60,943 nucleotides of DNA from Thelocarpon superellum. Lineage: Eukaryota. This document shows, one piece after another, positions 47,569 to 60,094 of the stretch. Both the position numbers and the translations under genes were made by a program. The DNA lies in assembly GCA_026025795.1 (NCBI GenBank), contig JAPEUG010000064.1, positions 1-60,943 on the forward strand. Direction: 5' to 3'. Numbering within the stretch: position 1 is the first letter of the stretch; every line of letters begins with the position of its first letter. Under the pieces are notes generated by a model. It did not search any database, was not told where the DNA came from, and saw nothing but the letters and a program-made list of their open reading frames with translations.

Positions 47569-50500
47569 ATGGCTCACAACTACGATGTTGGCACCCGGGC
47601 GTGGCAGCCCGATCCCACGGAGGGATGGCTCGCGTCCGAGGTCAAGCAAAAGAAGGTTGACGGGGACAAGGTCAAGCTGGTCTTTCAGCTCGTCGACGGC
47701 GAGGTATGACGTCCCTTTCTCCTTCCCCCTTCCCCCTTCCCCATCCGCCATTGGCCCCCAGGCCTCCGTCATCTGCGCCGCTGACCCGATGCCCGCCAGA
47801 CGAGGACGGTCGAGACGACCCTCGCCGACCTGAACGACGACAGCAATGCCTCACTCCCCCCTTTGATGAACCCCTCCATGCTAGAGGCCAGCGATGATCT
47901 CACCAACCTGTCGCATCTCAATGAGCCTGCTGGTATGCTCCACCTCCATCCACCCGACTTATTCCAATCGCTGACATGCCTCCACAGTCTTGCAAGCCAT
48001 TCGACTACGATACTCGCAGAAGGAGATTTATACCTACAGCGGGATCGTCTTGATCGCCACCAACCCCTTCGCCCGGGTGGACTCGCTCTACGTGCCAGGC
48101 ATGGTCCAGGTATACGCGGGTAAACAACGTTCGAGCCAAGCGCCACATCTCTTCGCTATCGCCGAAGAAGCTTTTGCGTGAGATTCCTCGAGCTCTCGAG
48201 CTCCCACCAACCACCACCGCTGCTGACCCGCAACAGAGACATGTTACGAGACAACAAAAACCAAACCATCGTCGTCTCCGGCGAGTCCGGCGCAGGCAAG
48301 ACCGTGAGCGCCAAGTATATCATGCGATACTTTGCGACCCGCGAGTCTCCCGATCAGCCCGACAAACGCGCCAAAGGACGGCACGATGCCATGAGCGAAA
48401 CCGAAGAACAGATCCTCGCCACCAATCCCATCATGGAAGCCTTTGGCAATGCCAAAACGACGCGCAACGACAACTCCTCACGTTTCGGCAAGTACATCGA
48501 AATCATGTTTGATCGGAAGACGGAGATCATCGGGGCCAAGATTCGAACCTATCTCTTGGAGCGTTCACGATTGGTCTTCCAGCCGCTAAAGGAACGGAAC
48601 TACCACATCTTCTACCAGCTCGTCGCCGGTGCCACCGAGGCCGAACGAGAACAGCTCGGCCTCGTTCCGGTGGAGCACTTTGAGTACCTCAACCAAGGCG
48701 GCGCCCCAGTAATCGACGGCGTCGATGACCGCACCGAGTTTGAAGCCACGCGAGACTCGCTCCGGAAGATCGGCGTCAGCGCCGAGAAGCAGGCCGACAT
48801 CTTCCGCGTCTTGGCCGCGCTGCTGCACCTGGGTAACGTCAAGATCTCCGCCTCGCGCACCGAGGCTGCCCTCGCACCCTCAGAACCGGCGCTGGCCAAG
48901 GCGTGCGAGATACTCGGGATCGACCCGACCGCGTTTGCCAAGTGGACAGTCAAGAAGCAGCTCATCACGCGTGGCGAGAAGATCACCTCCAACCTCACCC
49001 AGCAGCAGGCCGTCGTCGTCCGGGATTCGGTGGCCAAGTTCATCTACTCTAGCCTCTTCGATTGGCTCGTCGAGATCATCAACCGCGGCTTGGCCACGGA
49101 GGAGGTCATCAGCCGGGCCACCACCTTCATCGGCGTGCTGGACATCTACGGCTTCGAGCACTTCGCCAAGAACTCCTTTGAGCAATTCTGCATCAACTAT
49201 GCCAACGAGAAGCTGCAGCAGGAGTTCAACCAGCATGTCTTCAAGCTGGAGCAGGAGGAATACATGCGCGAGGAGATCAACTGGACCTTCATCGACTTTT
49301 CCGACAATCAGCCCTGCATCGATCTGATCGAGGGCAAGCTCGGCGTGCTCGCCCTGCTCGATGAGGAGTCACGCCTGCCCATGGGCTCGGACGAGCAGTT
49401 CGTCACCAAGCTGCATCACAACTTCGCCGCGGACAAGAACAAATTCTACAAGAAGCCCCGTTTTGGCAAATCCGCCTTCACCGTGTGCCATTATGCCATC
49501 GACGTCACCTACGAATCCGACGGCTTCATCGACAAGAATCGGGACACCGTCCCCGACGAGCACATGGAGGTGCTCCGCGCCTCGAGCAACCGCTTCCTCG
49601 CCGAGGTGCTCTCCGCCGCCTCGGCGGTGCGGGAGAAAGACTCCGCTGCCGTGGCCTCCGCCCGGGTCGCCCCGGCCGGTCCCGGACGGAAGATTGGCGT
49701 CGCCGTGAATCGCAAGCCCACGCTGGGTGGCATCTTCAAGTCATCGCTGATCGAGCTCATGAACACCATCAACTCGACGGATGTGCACTACATCCGTTGC
49801 ATCAAGCCCAACGAGAACAAGGAGTCGTGGAAGTTTGAGGGCCCGATGGTCCTGAGCCAGCTTCGTGCGTGCGGCGTGTTGGAGACGGTACGCATCAGCT
49901 GTGCGGGCTACCCGACGCGATGGACGTACGAGGAGTTTGCCCTGCGCTACTACATGCTGGTGCACTCAACCTCGTGGACGTCAGAGATTCGGAAGATGGC
50001 CGACGCCATCCTGAGGAAGGCCTTCGCCGGTAACAGCGGCAGCGGCGTCGACAAGTACCAGCTCGGGCTAACGAAGATCTTCTTCCGCGCCGGCATGCTC
50101 GCCTTCCTCGAGAACCTCCGCACGTCGCGCCTGAACGAGTGTGCCATCATGATCCAGAAGAACCTGCGCTGCAAATACTATCGCCGCAAGTATCTCGAGG
50201 CCCGCGACGCCACCATTGCCTTCCAGGCCTGGACCCGCGGTTACCTGGCCCGCCGCCGCGCCCAGGAGGTGCGTCGCATCCGCGCCGCTACCACGATCCA
50301 ACGCGTCTGGCGCGGCCAGAAGCAGCGCAAGAGCTACCACCGCATCCGCAACGATATCATCCGGGTGCAGGCCACGGCCAAAGGCTTCGTGTGCCGACGC
50401 ACCATTGCGGAGACCCGCACGGGCAACGCGGCGCGGACCATCCAGCGATCGTGGCGGACGCGCCAACAGAAGCGGTCGTGGCGGCAATACCGCCGCAAGA

Positions 50501-52704
50501 TCGTCATCTTGCAGAGCTTGTGGCGTGGACGCAAGGCGCGACGCGGCTACAAGACGCTGCGGGAGGAGGCGCGCGATCTCAAGCAGATCTCCTACAAGCT
50601 GGAGAACAAGGTGGTCGAGCTCACGCAGACCATCGGCACGATGAAGCGCGAGAATCGCACGCTCATCGGCCAGGTGGAGAACTACGAGAACCAGCTCAAG
50701 TCGTGGAAGAACCGACACAACACCCTCGAGACCCGCTCCAAGGAGCTGCAGGTCGAGGCCAACCAGGCTGGCATCAGCGCCGCGCGCTTGACCGCGCTCG
50801 AGCAGGAGATGGCGCGCCTCCAGGGCAACTACGACGATTCCGCCGCGAACCTGCGACGCCTGCAGGAGGAGGAGCGCGTGCTCCGCGAGTCGTTGCGCAC
50901 ATCCAACCTCGAGCTCGAGAGGGCGCGGCAGCACACGGCCACGCAGGATATGGAGAAGACATCGTTGCGACAGCAGCTCGTCGACCTGCAGGATCAGCTC
51001 GAGATGGCCAAGCGGGCCGTGCCCGTCAATGGCGAGGTCGTCAACGGCAATGCTGCGCCACCACCGGCCAACGGTCTCATCAACCTCGTGTCGTCCAAGA
51101 AACCTAAGCGACGCAGTGCCGGGGCCGAGAAGCTCGACGGCGATCGTGTAAGCGGCACGTACAACCCGCGGCCCGTCTCAATGGCCATCACTGGTGGCAA
51201 CCTGCAACGGCAGAACCTGACCGGCACCGGCTACACACCGGGGCTGGACACGGTGGAGTTTGAGCTCGAGAACTTACTCTCGGATGAAGATGGTCTGAAC
51301 GACGAGGTCGCCATGGGTCTGATTCGCAATCTGAAGATCCCGATGCCCGGCTCGACGCCGCCGCCGACGGAGAAGGAGGTGCTCTTCCCCTCGTATCTCA
51401 TCAACCTGGTGACGTCGGAGATGTGGAACAACGGCTTCGTCAAGGAATCGGAACGCTTCCTGGCCAACGTCATGCAATCCATTCAGCAAGAGGTGATGCA
51501 GCACGATGGGGAGGATGCTATCAACCCGGGCGCCTTCTGGCTCTCCAACGTGCACGAGATGCTCTCCTTTGTCTTCCTCGCCGAAGATTGGTACGAGGCG
51601 CAGAAGACGGACAACTACGAGTACGACCGCTTGCTGGAGATCGTCAAGCATGATCTCGAGAGTCTCGAGTTCAACATTTATCACACGTGGATGAAGGTGC
51701 TCAAGAAGAAGCTGCAAAAGATGATCGTCCCAGCCATCATCGAGTCGCAGTCGCTGCCGGGCTTCGTGACCAACGAGAGCAACCGCTTCCTGGGCAAGCT
51801 CCTCCAGTCGAACAACGCGCCAGCCTACAGCATGGACAACCTCCTCAGCCTGCTGAACAACGTCTTCAAGGCGATGAAGGCCTACTACCTCGAGGGCTCC
51901 ATCATCAAGCAGACGGTGACGGAGCTGTTGCGCCTGGTCGGCGTCACCGCCTTTAACGACCTGCTGATGCGACGGAACTTCTTGTCGTGGAAGCGGGGTC
52001 TGCAGATCAACTACAACATCACCCGCATCGAGGAGTGGTGCAAGAGCCATGACATGCCCGAAGGGACCCTGCAACTCGAGCATCTCATGGTAGGGGTTGA
52101 GATCCTTATGATTTCCATGCGGTAGCGCTGACGATCGACCAGCAAGCGACCAAGCTGCTACAACTGAAGAAGGCGACCCTCAACGACATTGAGATTATTC
52201 AAGATATCTGCTGGATGTAAGTGACCTTGATTCGAACGCCGTTCCCGCATTGGCACTGACCCGCCTCCCACAGGCTCTCTCCCAACCAGATCCAGAAGCT
52301 CTTGAATCAATACCTCGTGGCGGACTACGAGCAGCCGATCAACGGCGAGATCATGAAGGCCGTCGCCTCAAGGGTCACGGAGAAGAGCGATGTTCTCCTG
52401 CTCACGGCCGTGGACATGGATGACAGCGGACCGTACGAGATCGCGGAACCGCGCGTGATCACGGCGCTTGAGACCTATACACCGTCGTGTAGGTGTGACC
52501 TTCCTCGCAGCTGGTGATGATCAGACTAACCCGGGAACAGGGCTGCAAACGCCACGATTGAAACGGCTCGCGGAGATTGTCTCGGCTCAAGCGATGGCAC
52601 AGCAAGACTCGGCCGAGATGCCCGATGAGCTGGACGGGGAGGGCCACGGTCTTGCCATCGACGAGACGGCTGGTGCGCCACCAGCGTATCTGGAGGGATC
52701 GTAG
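47569..52704 (+). CDS. MYO2: Class V myosin heavy chain, multi-intron
   Basis: DDLTNLSHLNEPA, GESGAGKT, EAFGNAKTTRNDNSSRFGKY, DIYGFE, LRACGVLE, IQ repeats, coiled coil, DIL domain (FNDLLMRRNFLSWKRGLQINYN). Confidence 0.98.
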
Positions 52705-53431
52705 GATCGCCTCCAATGGTCGGCGACACCATCTCCGCTCCCGTCCGCCATGTGCCCGACGACACCTTTCGATTCTTCCTGTAACATCTTCCATTGTCAT
52801 CATCATCATCTTGGACAGGTGCAACGACCCCGGTCATGACCACCTATGACGCCGGGTCACGATCTTCCTCACCCCCTATCTTCTGGAATGGTCACGAGAG
52901 CCGCGCGCCGGCCGGGATGATGAGGTTGGGGCGGCCTTGGTGACGTCCACCGCCCAGCCTCGCGCTCATCTTCCGTCAGCTCGCGTACATATGCATTCCC
53001 GGAGATTTTGTTTATTTTCGACGGCGTCATGGCTCCTCCTGGACGTGCTTCTGAATGTGGTCCATTTTTGAGGCTGTCCAGTTGGACGTGGCGACGCGGG
53101 ACCACGATGGGGATCCTGGTGCACGCCCGCCACATTATCTGTAGACAAGGGCTTTTCTGTAGTCTGGTCACGGCCCGGGTTGGACATTTATCATGGATGG
53201 CATCCGATGTGGACTGTAAAGCTAGTCAGTGCAGACGCCGTTCCAGGATGAATGACCGGGTCTGATGGAGCTCCATGTCACTGACGCCATTCAATACCGA
53301 ATCGGACGTGGCTACCGCGATGTGGGATAAACCATCTGCAACAGGCCCACCAACATTGTATTTTCTGTGCCCAACCCCCCGCCCCCTCTCATAGCCGTCG
53401 TGATGAGCCCAGACGCATGAGACCAATGACC

Positions 53432-54064
53432 ATGCGCACCCTCCCAAATATCATCATCACGGGCACGCCCGGCGTGGGCAAGTCCAGCCTCTGCGAGATG
53501 CTGGTCGAGCAAACGGGCCTGAAGCACTGCGCCATCAACGACATCGTCAAGCAGCGCGGCTGCCACGAAGGATGGGACGACGAGCACCACAGCTGGATCG
53601 TCGACGAAGACCGGCTGCTGGACGCGATCGAGGAGGAGGTCAAGGAAGGTGGCCATCTCATCGACTGGCACGCGTGCGACCTTTTCCCTCGGCGATGGAT
53701 TGATCTGGTCGTCGTGCTCCGAACTGACTCGACTACGTTGTTCGACCGACTGACCTCGAGGTGAGCTCACGCCACCTCCTCTTCTACCGTGCTACGCTCG
53801 TGGACATTATCTTACACCATGCTGCCCACCTGGGTCTTACACCATGCTAACCTCACGGACAGAGGATACTCCGCCAAGAAGCTCGAGGAGAACCTGGACT
53901 CGGAGATCATGCAGGTGCTTCTGGAGGAGGCCCGCGAGTCCTACGACGAAGAGATTGTGGTCGAGCTACGAAGTGACACGGTGGAGGATATCGAGAGCAA
54001 TGCGGAACGGGTCCAGCAATGGATTCAGCAATGGAGGCAGGACCACAAGCCTGCGGATCCTTGA
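53432..54064 (+). CDS. FAP7: Adenylate kinase 6 / Fap7, one intron
   Basis: PNIIITGTPGVGKS, DWHACDLFP, RGYSAKKLEENLDSEIMQVLLEEARESY. Alternative ATG at 53417. Confidence 0.95.
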
Positions 54065-54072
54065 ACCATCCA

Positions 54073-54979
54073 TTACGCCTCGTCTTCCAACCACCGCTTG
54101 AGCTTTTCTAGGGCCTTGAAGCGATGAGAGATCTTGTTCTTCTCGACCTTGTCCATCTCCGCGTACCTTTCCGCCGTCAGTACCGCCTGGAGAGAGTGAC
54201 GTGCGGCACGTAAGGATGAGAATCACCTACGTCTGCCCCTCATACTCGAAGATGGGGTCCCAGCCTGGGATCCGTCAGTCTCGGGTTCTCCCCACGGACG
54301 ACGGGACGGGTTACCAAAGTGTGTCGGGCCTCTTGCGGGAACTATCTTACCCTACATCGACGAGTCAGACCTGCGTTGAGCAGGTGGACACCAATCACCT
54401 ACGTGTGTTCTGCCTTGGAAGAGGATCGGATCATGGCCGGGGCCTTCAGAATAGGCAAACGTACACACCGCTTGCGCCGATTTGTCTTCGTAGGCGGCAA
54501 GAAGATTGTTGAGGCCTATGGAAGAGTTCACCCCGGTCCATGATGAGATGGGTGACGAGCTACCTTCGTGGCCTAGGGCTGCAAGAAACCACTTGCTGTC
54601 GAGCCTTGATCAGGAAGGTGTCTTGTACCTATCCAGCACCAGCTGTAGACATACATGTAAGGACCTGGTAGATCCTTCAAGGCGTCCAAGCAGAGACAGG
54701 TATCCTCGACCAGCACCGGCCCCTTGACCTGCGCCACCGACAGACTGCTTAGCTTCCATTCTCCCGCAATCCGATGGCAGTCGCTCTGCGAGAGATATCA
54801 TTTACGGCATCAGCAGCTCGACGACATTTGTCCTTGGAGATCTCTTCGATCGTGCCCTGGATCTCAAGCAAGTCCACTGATTGGCTTTGGAGATTGACCA
54901 CGCCTCCCAGGATCGCTCGCACTTCGGTCAGTTTGTTGGCATTGCCAGTGATGAAATTGAGGGTTTTGGGTGGGGCCAT
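54073..54979 (-). CDS. HAM1: Inosine triphosphate pyrophosphatase Ham1/ITPA, multi-intron
   Basis: [56 protein letters not shown] at 54073-54075. Confidence 0.95.
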
Positions 54980-55250
54980 GGTGTTGACGGTGAGCTTGCG
55001 GGCGGTCGTGAGGTGACGTGGTGTCGTGGAGCAAGTCCGGTCTCGTATCTCGTACCGAGCTGTGTTCGTAGGTTTCGGCCCCCACCGATCAGGACTCCAA
55101 AGCTGAGAATGGTTGCGTCGGAGCTCTTGCCAGAACTTGGCGGGTTTCTTGGAGCAGCTGCAATGCGATGAACGTCTGATCGTGTCGGCCTACTTGTGGT
55201 GCAGCCATATCAAGACCCAGATGTGACGCAGGCAGCGGTTTCTCGTCAAG

Positions 55251-57249
55251 ATGGGCCTGTTTGGTGATTGGTTGGCATCCATCGATGTCGCGGCCGTTGG
55301 TAACATCCAGGCGTCGACCAAATCTTTGGCGGTTCTGGTCACGATAGGTCTGGTTCTGCTCACGGCGTGGCTGAGAGGCTCTCCTGGGCTGGATGCAAAG
55401 CGCGGCCATGATGGAGCGGAGGATGTTCCTATGCTCCCCACGTGGCTTCCTGGCCTGGGTCACCTCCTATCGCTGATCTACGATCAAGATGGGTTCTTGC
55501 GAAAAGCACGGTACGTTGGGTCTGCGTCATGAGTGGACTTGTTCCTGACGTTTGCCACAGCGATGATACGGTACATGGAGCCTTTGGATTAAATCTCGGA
55601 GGGATGCCCCACAGCATGGTCTTCTCACCGGCGTTGATCAAAGGCGTGCTTCAACAACGAGCCTCGGTCGTGGACTTTGAAAGTATCATGTGGATGATAT
55701 CCCAGCGTTTCTTTGGAGGGCAATCCAGGGTCAAAGACAAGATCTTGGCGGCCTATCCTCCCCAGCTCGATCTGATCGGGGCTGCTTTCCTTCGCCCACC
55801 GGGGCTCACCCGGATGGTTGCGACAACGGTGGCCCGGATGGAAGAAAACATTCCGAACATGCTGTCGTTCATGGCGAGTCCCGTGGATCAAAGTCCGTGG
55901 GAGCGAATCAGTCGACCGGCACTGCGGAAGAATGCAGATGGGCAGGCAGTCATGGAGGTGGATCTCTGTGCGCTCCTGCGCGAGTTCATGGGCTGCATGG
56001 CGACGCCCACATTGATGGGACAGACGTTTCTGGACAACTTCCCCAACGTCCTGCAAGACCTGTACACCTTTGACGCTGGGTTCTATTGGCTGTTGACGGG
56101 CCTGCCGCGGTGGCTTCCGATCCCGCCGTTGACACGAGCTCATCTGGCTCGAAAGCGGGTCTTGAACGCCGTCACGGCCTACGACCGAGCCATGGATCAG
56201 ATCGCCGGGGGCGAGGAACCCGACTCGATCTGGCGCAACATGATGGGGGACATCTCCGACTTTATGACACAGCGGCAGGCGATCTGGCGATCGCACGGCT
56301 TGTCGGCCGAGGACCGGGCCCATTCCGACATGAGCTTTCTTTGGGCGTAAGTCTCTTGTCAAGCTGAGTGTCTCATTGAGAAGCTGACATGGCCAGGATG
56401 AATGTCAATGCGAACGTCTTGTGCGTGTGGATGATATTGAGGATTCTATCGACGCCGCATCTGGTACAGCGTGTACGGGTAGAAACAGCCCCGTACGTGG
56501 TTGTGACGCACGACCCGCCCATCCATGGCATGTCGTCGCCGCCACGCGTCACGATTTCCGATGAAGGCCTGGCCACGAAATGTCCCCTGTTCAAAGCATG
56601 CTACCTGGAAACGCTCCGGCTCGACTCGGCACCATGGTCGATCAAGCACGTGACGAAGGACTTTACGATTACGGAGAATGAGGGTGAAGTGCGTCGGTCT
56701 CCCACGTTTACCGGGGCCCCTCTCTCCTCGAAGAAGTTGGAGGCCGAGGCGGAGAAGAAGAGAGGGGGAGAGAGGGAGAAAGCCAAAAGCTACGTGATCA
56801 AAGCGGCCACCAACGTGCTGATCCCACACGACCTTCTCCAGTCCGACATGCGGTATTACGCCGAGCCGGAGGAATTCCAGCCACAGAGATTCCTGGTCTT
56901 TGCCGAGGCGGCCGTCTCGTCTGCCTCCACCTCTGCCTCCACTCTGCCTCCTCTTTCCTCGACCTCTGCCTCTTCCACCACGGATCCATCGGATGCGCAA
57001 GACGCAAACATCAAAGTAGACGCAGGCCATCTCCGCCCCTACGGCGGGGGGACCAGCATGTGCCTTGGCCGACGGTTCGCGGAGCGAGAATGCCTCGCTT
57101 TCGTCGCGGGTGTGTTGGCTCTCTGGGACATTGTCCCTGCTGGCACTAGGGGAGGAGAGGGCGACTGGACACTCCCGCGCAAGAAGAGAGCTACGGCGGT
57201 CGCGCTACCGATTGGGGATGTGCGAGTTTGGATCCGACGGCGGAAGTAG
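55251..57249 (+). CDS. Cytochrome P450, CYP7/CYP8/CYP39-like, two introns
   Basis: N-terminal membrane anchor and PMLPTWLPGLGH; I-helix WAMNVNAN; ETLR (ExxR); EPEEFQPQRF; heme motif PYGGGTSMCLGRRFA. Confidence 0.92.
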
Positions 57250-58134
57250 GATACCTGCGTAGTACTTTGTACATCGCTGACTTTATTGGCGAGTGTACAT
57301 CTCAAGGGATCTGCAGGCCAATGGGCTTGGGAACAGTAAGCGGCGCCTCGGTGGACCGAAAGCCTCAGCCACTTCCTTTCGCTTCCCACAACATCGTGTA
57401 TCGTATCTTGGTCCGCGCGGCCTCCACCAACGAACCCTGGAAGACATGGGGCTCTGCGGCCCGTTAAGCTTCGACTAAGGCTGGATTAGAGTTCGATACA
57501 GCTCATCCTCCGCAGCCCCAGACCCAACTGAACCATTCTCCATCTCGTCTGGAGAATCGATCTAAGCTCTGCAGAGCGCTCTACGTCTTGAGGCCTTGCC
57601 CACGATGAGCCTTCCGTCCTAGGGGCCGCTGCTTGTGGCTCCATCCACCCACTATGCGGCTCACTTCCTGTCCAGGGACGGAGATTCAAATCTGGAGTCT
57701 CCCAGCACCGCGCGAAACGCGCATCGATCTCATCACCAAGAGCGAAATGCCACAATGAATGAGGCTGCGGGCGGCAGCGGCGAATACGCCCGACCGTACG
57801 AAGACCTACGGCATTCGAGAACTACTCTGACGCTAGTTGCGCCCGCAGTCGTTCGCAGTGTCCATCCATCAACTTTCTGCGATACAGCGAAACCCTACCA
57901 GCTCAAATCACACTGGATTCATACAAGGATCGGAGCTGTACACCTCACGCTCGCTGCTTGATTCTACTCTTCTACCATGAACATTGCGTCTCCATCCTCC
58001 TCTTTTGGACTCAAGCTCCACTCCCAGTCTCATGTGCGCCGATTGCGTATACAGCCTTGCTACGCGTATGCTCCCGCTTTGGTCCTCGAGTATTCTTTGA
58101 CCACCTTTGCAAATCCTCCTTCGACACGATCAGC

Positions 58135-59789
58135 ATGCCTCGGAAAAACGGCAATGCCAGATTTAAGTGCGAGAAGTGTCGTGTGCATAAGGCTGGTGTG
58201 AGTCTATCATGACACTTGCTGCTTTGGCTTGCTTACAGGTTCTATTTCGGTGTACACCACCAGAGCGCCAATGGCCTGGCCAAAAGTGTGATCGCTGCCT
58301 CAGGTACGGCCATCCGTGTGGTCCCAACATGCTCCTTCCGCCTGAGGATGCAAACGATGCTGTAGACGGTAAGGCTATCCAGTGCGTTACTATGGTGTCT
58401 TCTTTTGATTTGTCTAATCGAGAGCCCACTCCTAGGTCTTGGCGGCGAGAGCCCACTCCTAGGTCTTGGCGGACCACATGCAGCTCGCCGCGTTCTGCAT
58501 GCTCTTATCCATGTTGACTGGAAGGAGATCGAATTTCCAAACAGGCGCGTAGTCCCTTCGGAGCCAAGGTACAATTCTCGAGCTATCCAAACCATCGACG
58601 TGGGATTCGCTACCGGCGAGTACACACCTGCCAACATGGTTCTGTTTCGCTTGTGGGAGCGCTTGAGCTACATACGAGCTCATTATCGTACCGAAGCAAC
58701 ACGGGATGAGCACGAAGCGGGAAGGTCTATCAGCGAGGCGGCCTCTCAGGCAGTCACGCAATTCATCCATGAGAGGCTTGAGAAGCATGCCAGATGCCGC
58801 TTGAATACACCTCCAAGGCGGGTCAACGGGGCTTTCAATGCGATCCCCTGAAGGGGGTCGCGGTGGAACGCTTTGATTTGTGCCATGGGTTCCCCGGAAA
58901 TCCTTCTGCGCGACCAGAATCTGGAGATCCCGCATCTTGCGATGACCGCGGGACAAGTCATCGAAAACGCCACGCATGCTCAGTTCCAAGACCTCGAACA
59001 ATTTCTTCTGGACCCGGAAGGAAATGCGAAGAACGACTGTTTGCGGCTGTCTGGCGTAAGTGAAAATGTCATAGACATGGCCGACGCGCCAGCAGGATCC
59101 GAGCTCCAACAGCGTCTAGTAGAGCAAGTGAGATGTCAGGTCGAGACTGCCTTTGGCTCGTCTGTGCACTATGTTGGCGAGAGACGAACGGAGAAGCTGA
59201 AGGCTTCAGAGATTGTGTCACAGGGCGATATCTACGAGCTTCTGGGGTTTTATTGTTGCAAACTTGATATGAGAAGGGCCAAAATGGCGTGTTGCAGAGT
59301 CGCGCTTCCACTTCCGTTGACAGTCGCTTTGTCACATGCCCGACGCCTCATAGTCAGTCCACGTCTGTCATCTCCTCGGACAAATCGTCAACCAACCAGA
59401 AGATAGGAGCGATCGACGATTCCGGGGTCCCAGCTCAGGAAGACGGCCCACGCACACCCAATCCAGCGCCATGCTCGCCTCAGGACGCGGAAGCCACAGC
59501 CGAGAATCCATTTACGCCGAGTGCGTTTCTCAACCTAGCGGATGTGCCGGACGCAGATGCTTCTGCTGTGTCTGCGGCCCTTTCACTGCACGAGCACATG
59601 GACCTTGACGAGGACGTGACCCTCTGCTTCCCTCCCTTTCCGGCCATTCCCTCCTTGAACCTCTCCATGCCCCTGGAGGAGATGGCGACGGCGGGCGACA
59701 GTCCGTTCTCGGTGAGTCGGTTCCTGGATCTGCCCTTGTCCTCGCCCGACCATGATGCCATGGATGTGGAAGACGCCGAGTTGGGGTAG
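58135..59789 (+). pseudogene. Disrupted or lineage-specific Zn2Cys6-like protein gene
   Basis: CEKC-RVHKAG-[intron]-C-TPPERQWPGQK-CDRC-LRYGHP-C; in-frame TGA at 58849-58851; frame change near 59290-59400. Confidence 0.55.
58419..58472. repeat. Perfect 27-bp tandem duplication
   Basis: CGAGAGCCCACTCCTAGGTCTTGGCGG x2. Confidence 0.95.
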
Positions 59790-60094
59790 TCAGAGAGGGA
59801 CATGTGCCTGCGATCGATGCCAATGGAGGAGAGGGAATGAAGTGATGATGGATTTGGAATGTTGGACGCCATGGTCATGGACATGGTCATGGTCAAGGGG
59901 ATAGACGATGGGATGGACTCCTAGGTACGTTCGCGTCTTGTTTATCTCTTGATGTCCTTCTTTCCACTCTGTTTACCCCGTCTTGTCTATATGTCTCCCT
60001 GCACATGCGCACGCGTATGCGTATCCGCCTGCGTCTATTCCTCTTACGTCCCTCCTCTGTCTCCTTGACTGGTTGATATGCTTATCCGCTAAGC

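Noticed and set aside
48586..52083. Long antisense and alternate-frame ORFs over myosin V (similarly over EPL1, NAP1, the SDR and the P450)
   Set aside because: Shadows of high-GC3 codon usage in real genes.
55251..59789. Secondary-metabolite cluster (P450 plus Zn2Cys6 gene)
   Set aside because: No PKS, NRPS, terpene synthase or transporter in the window; the Zn-cluster gene appears disrupted.
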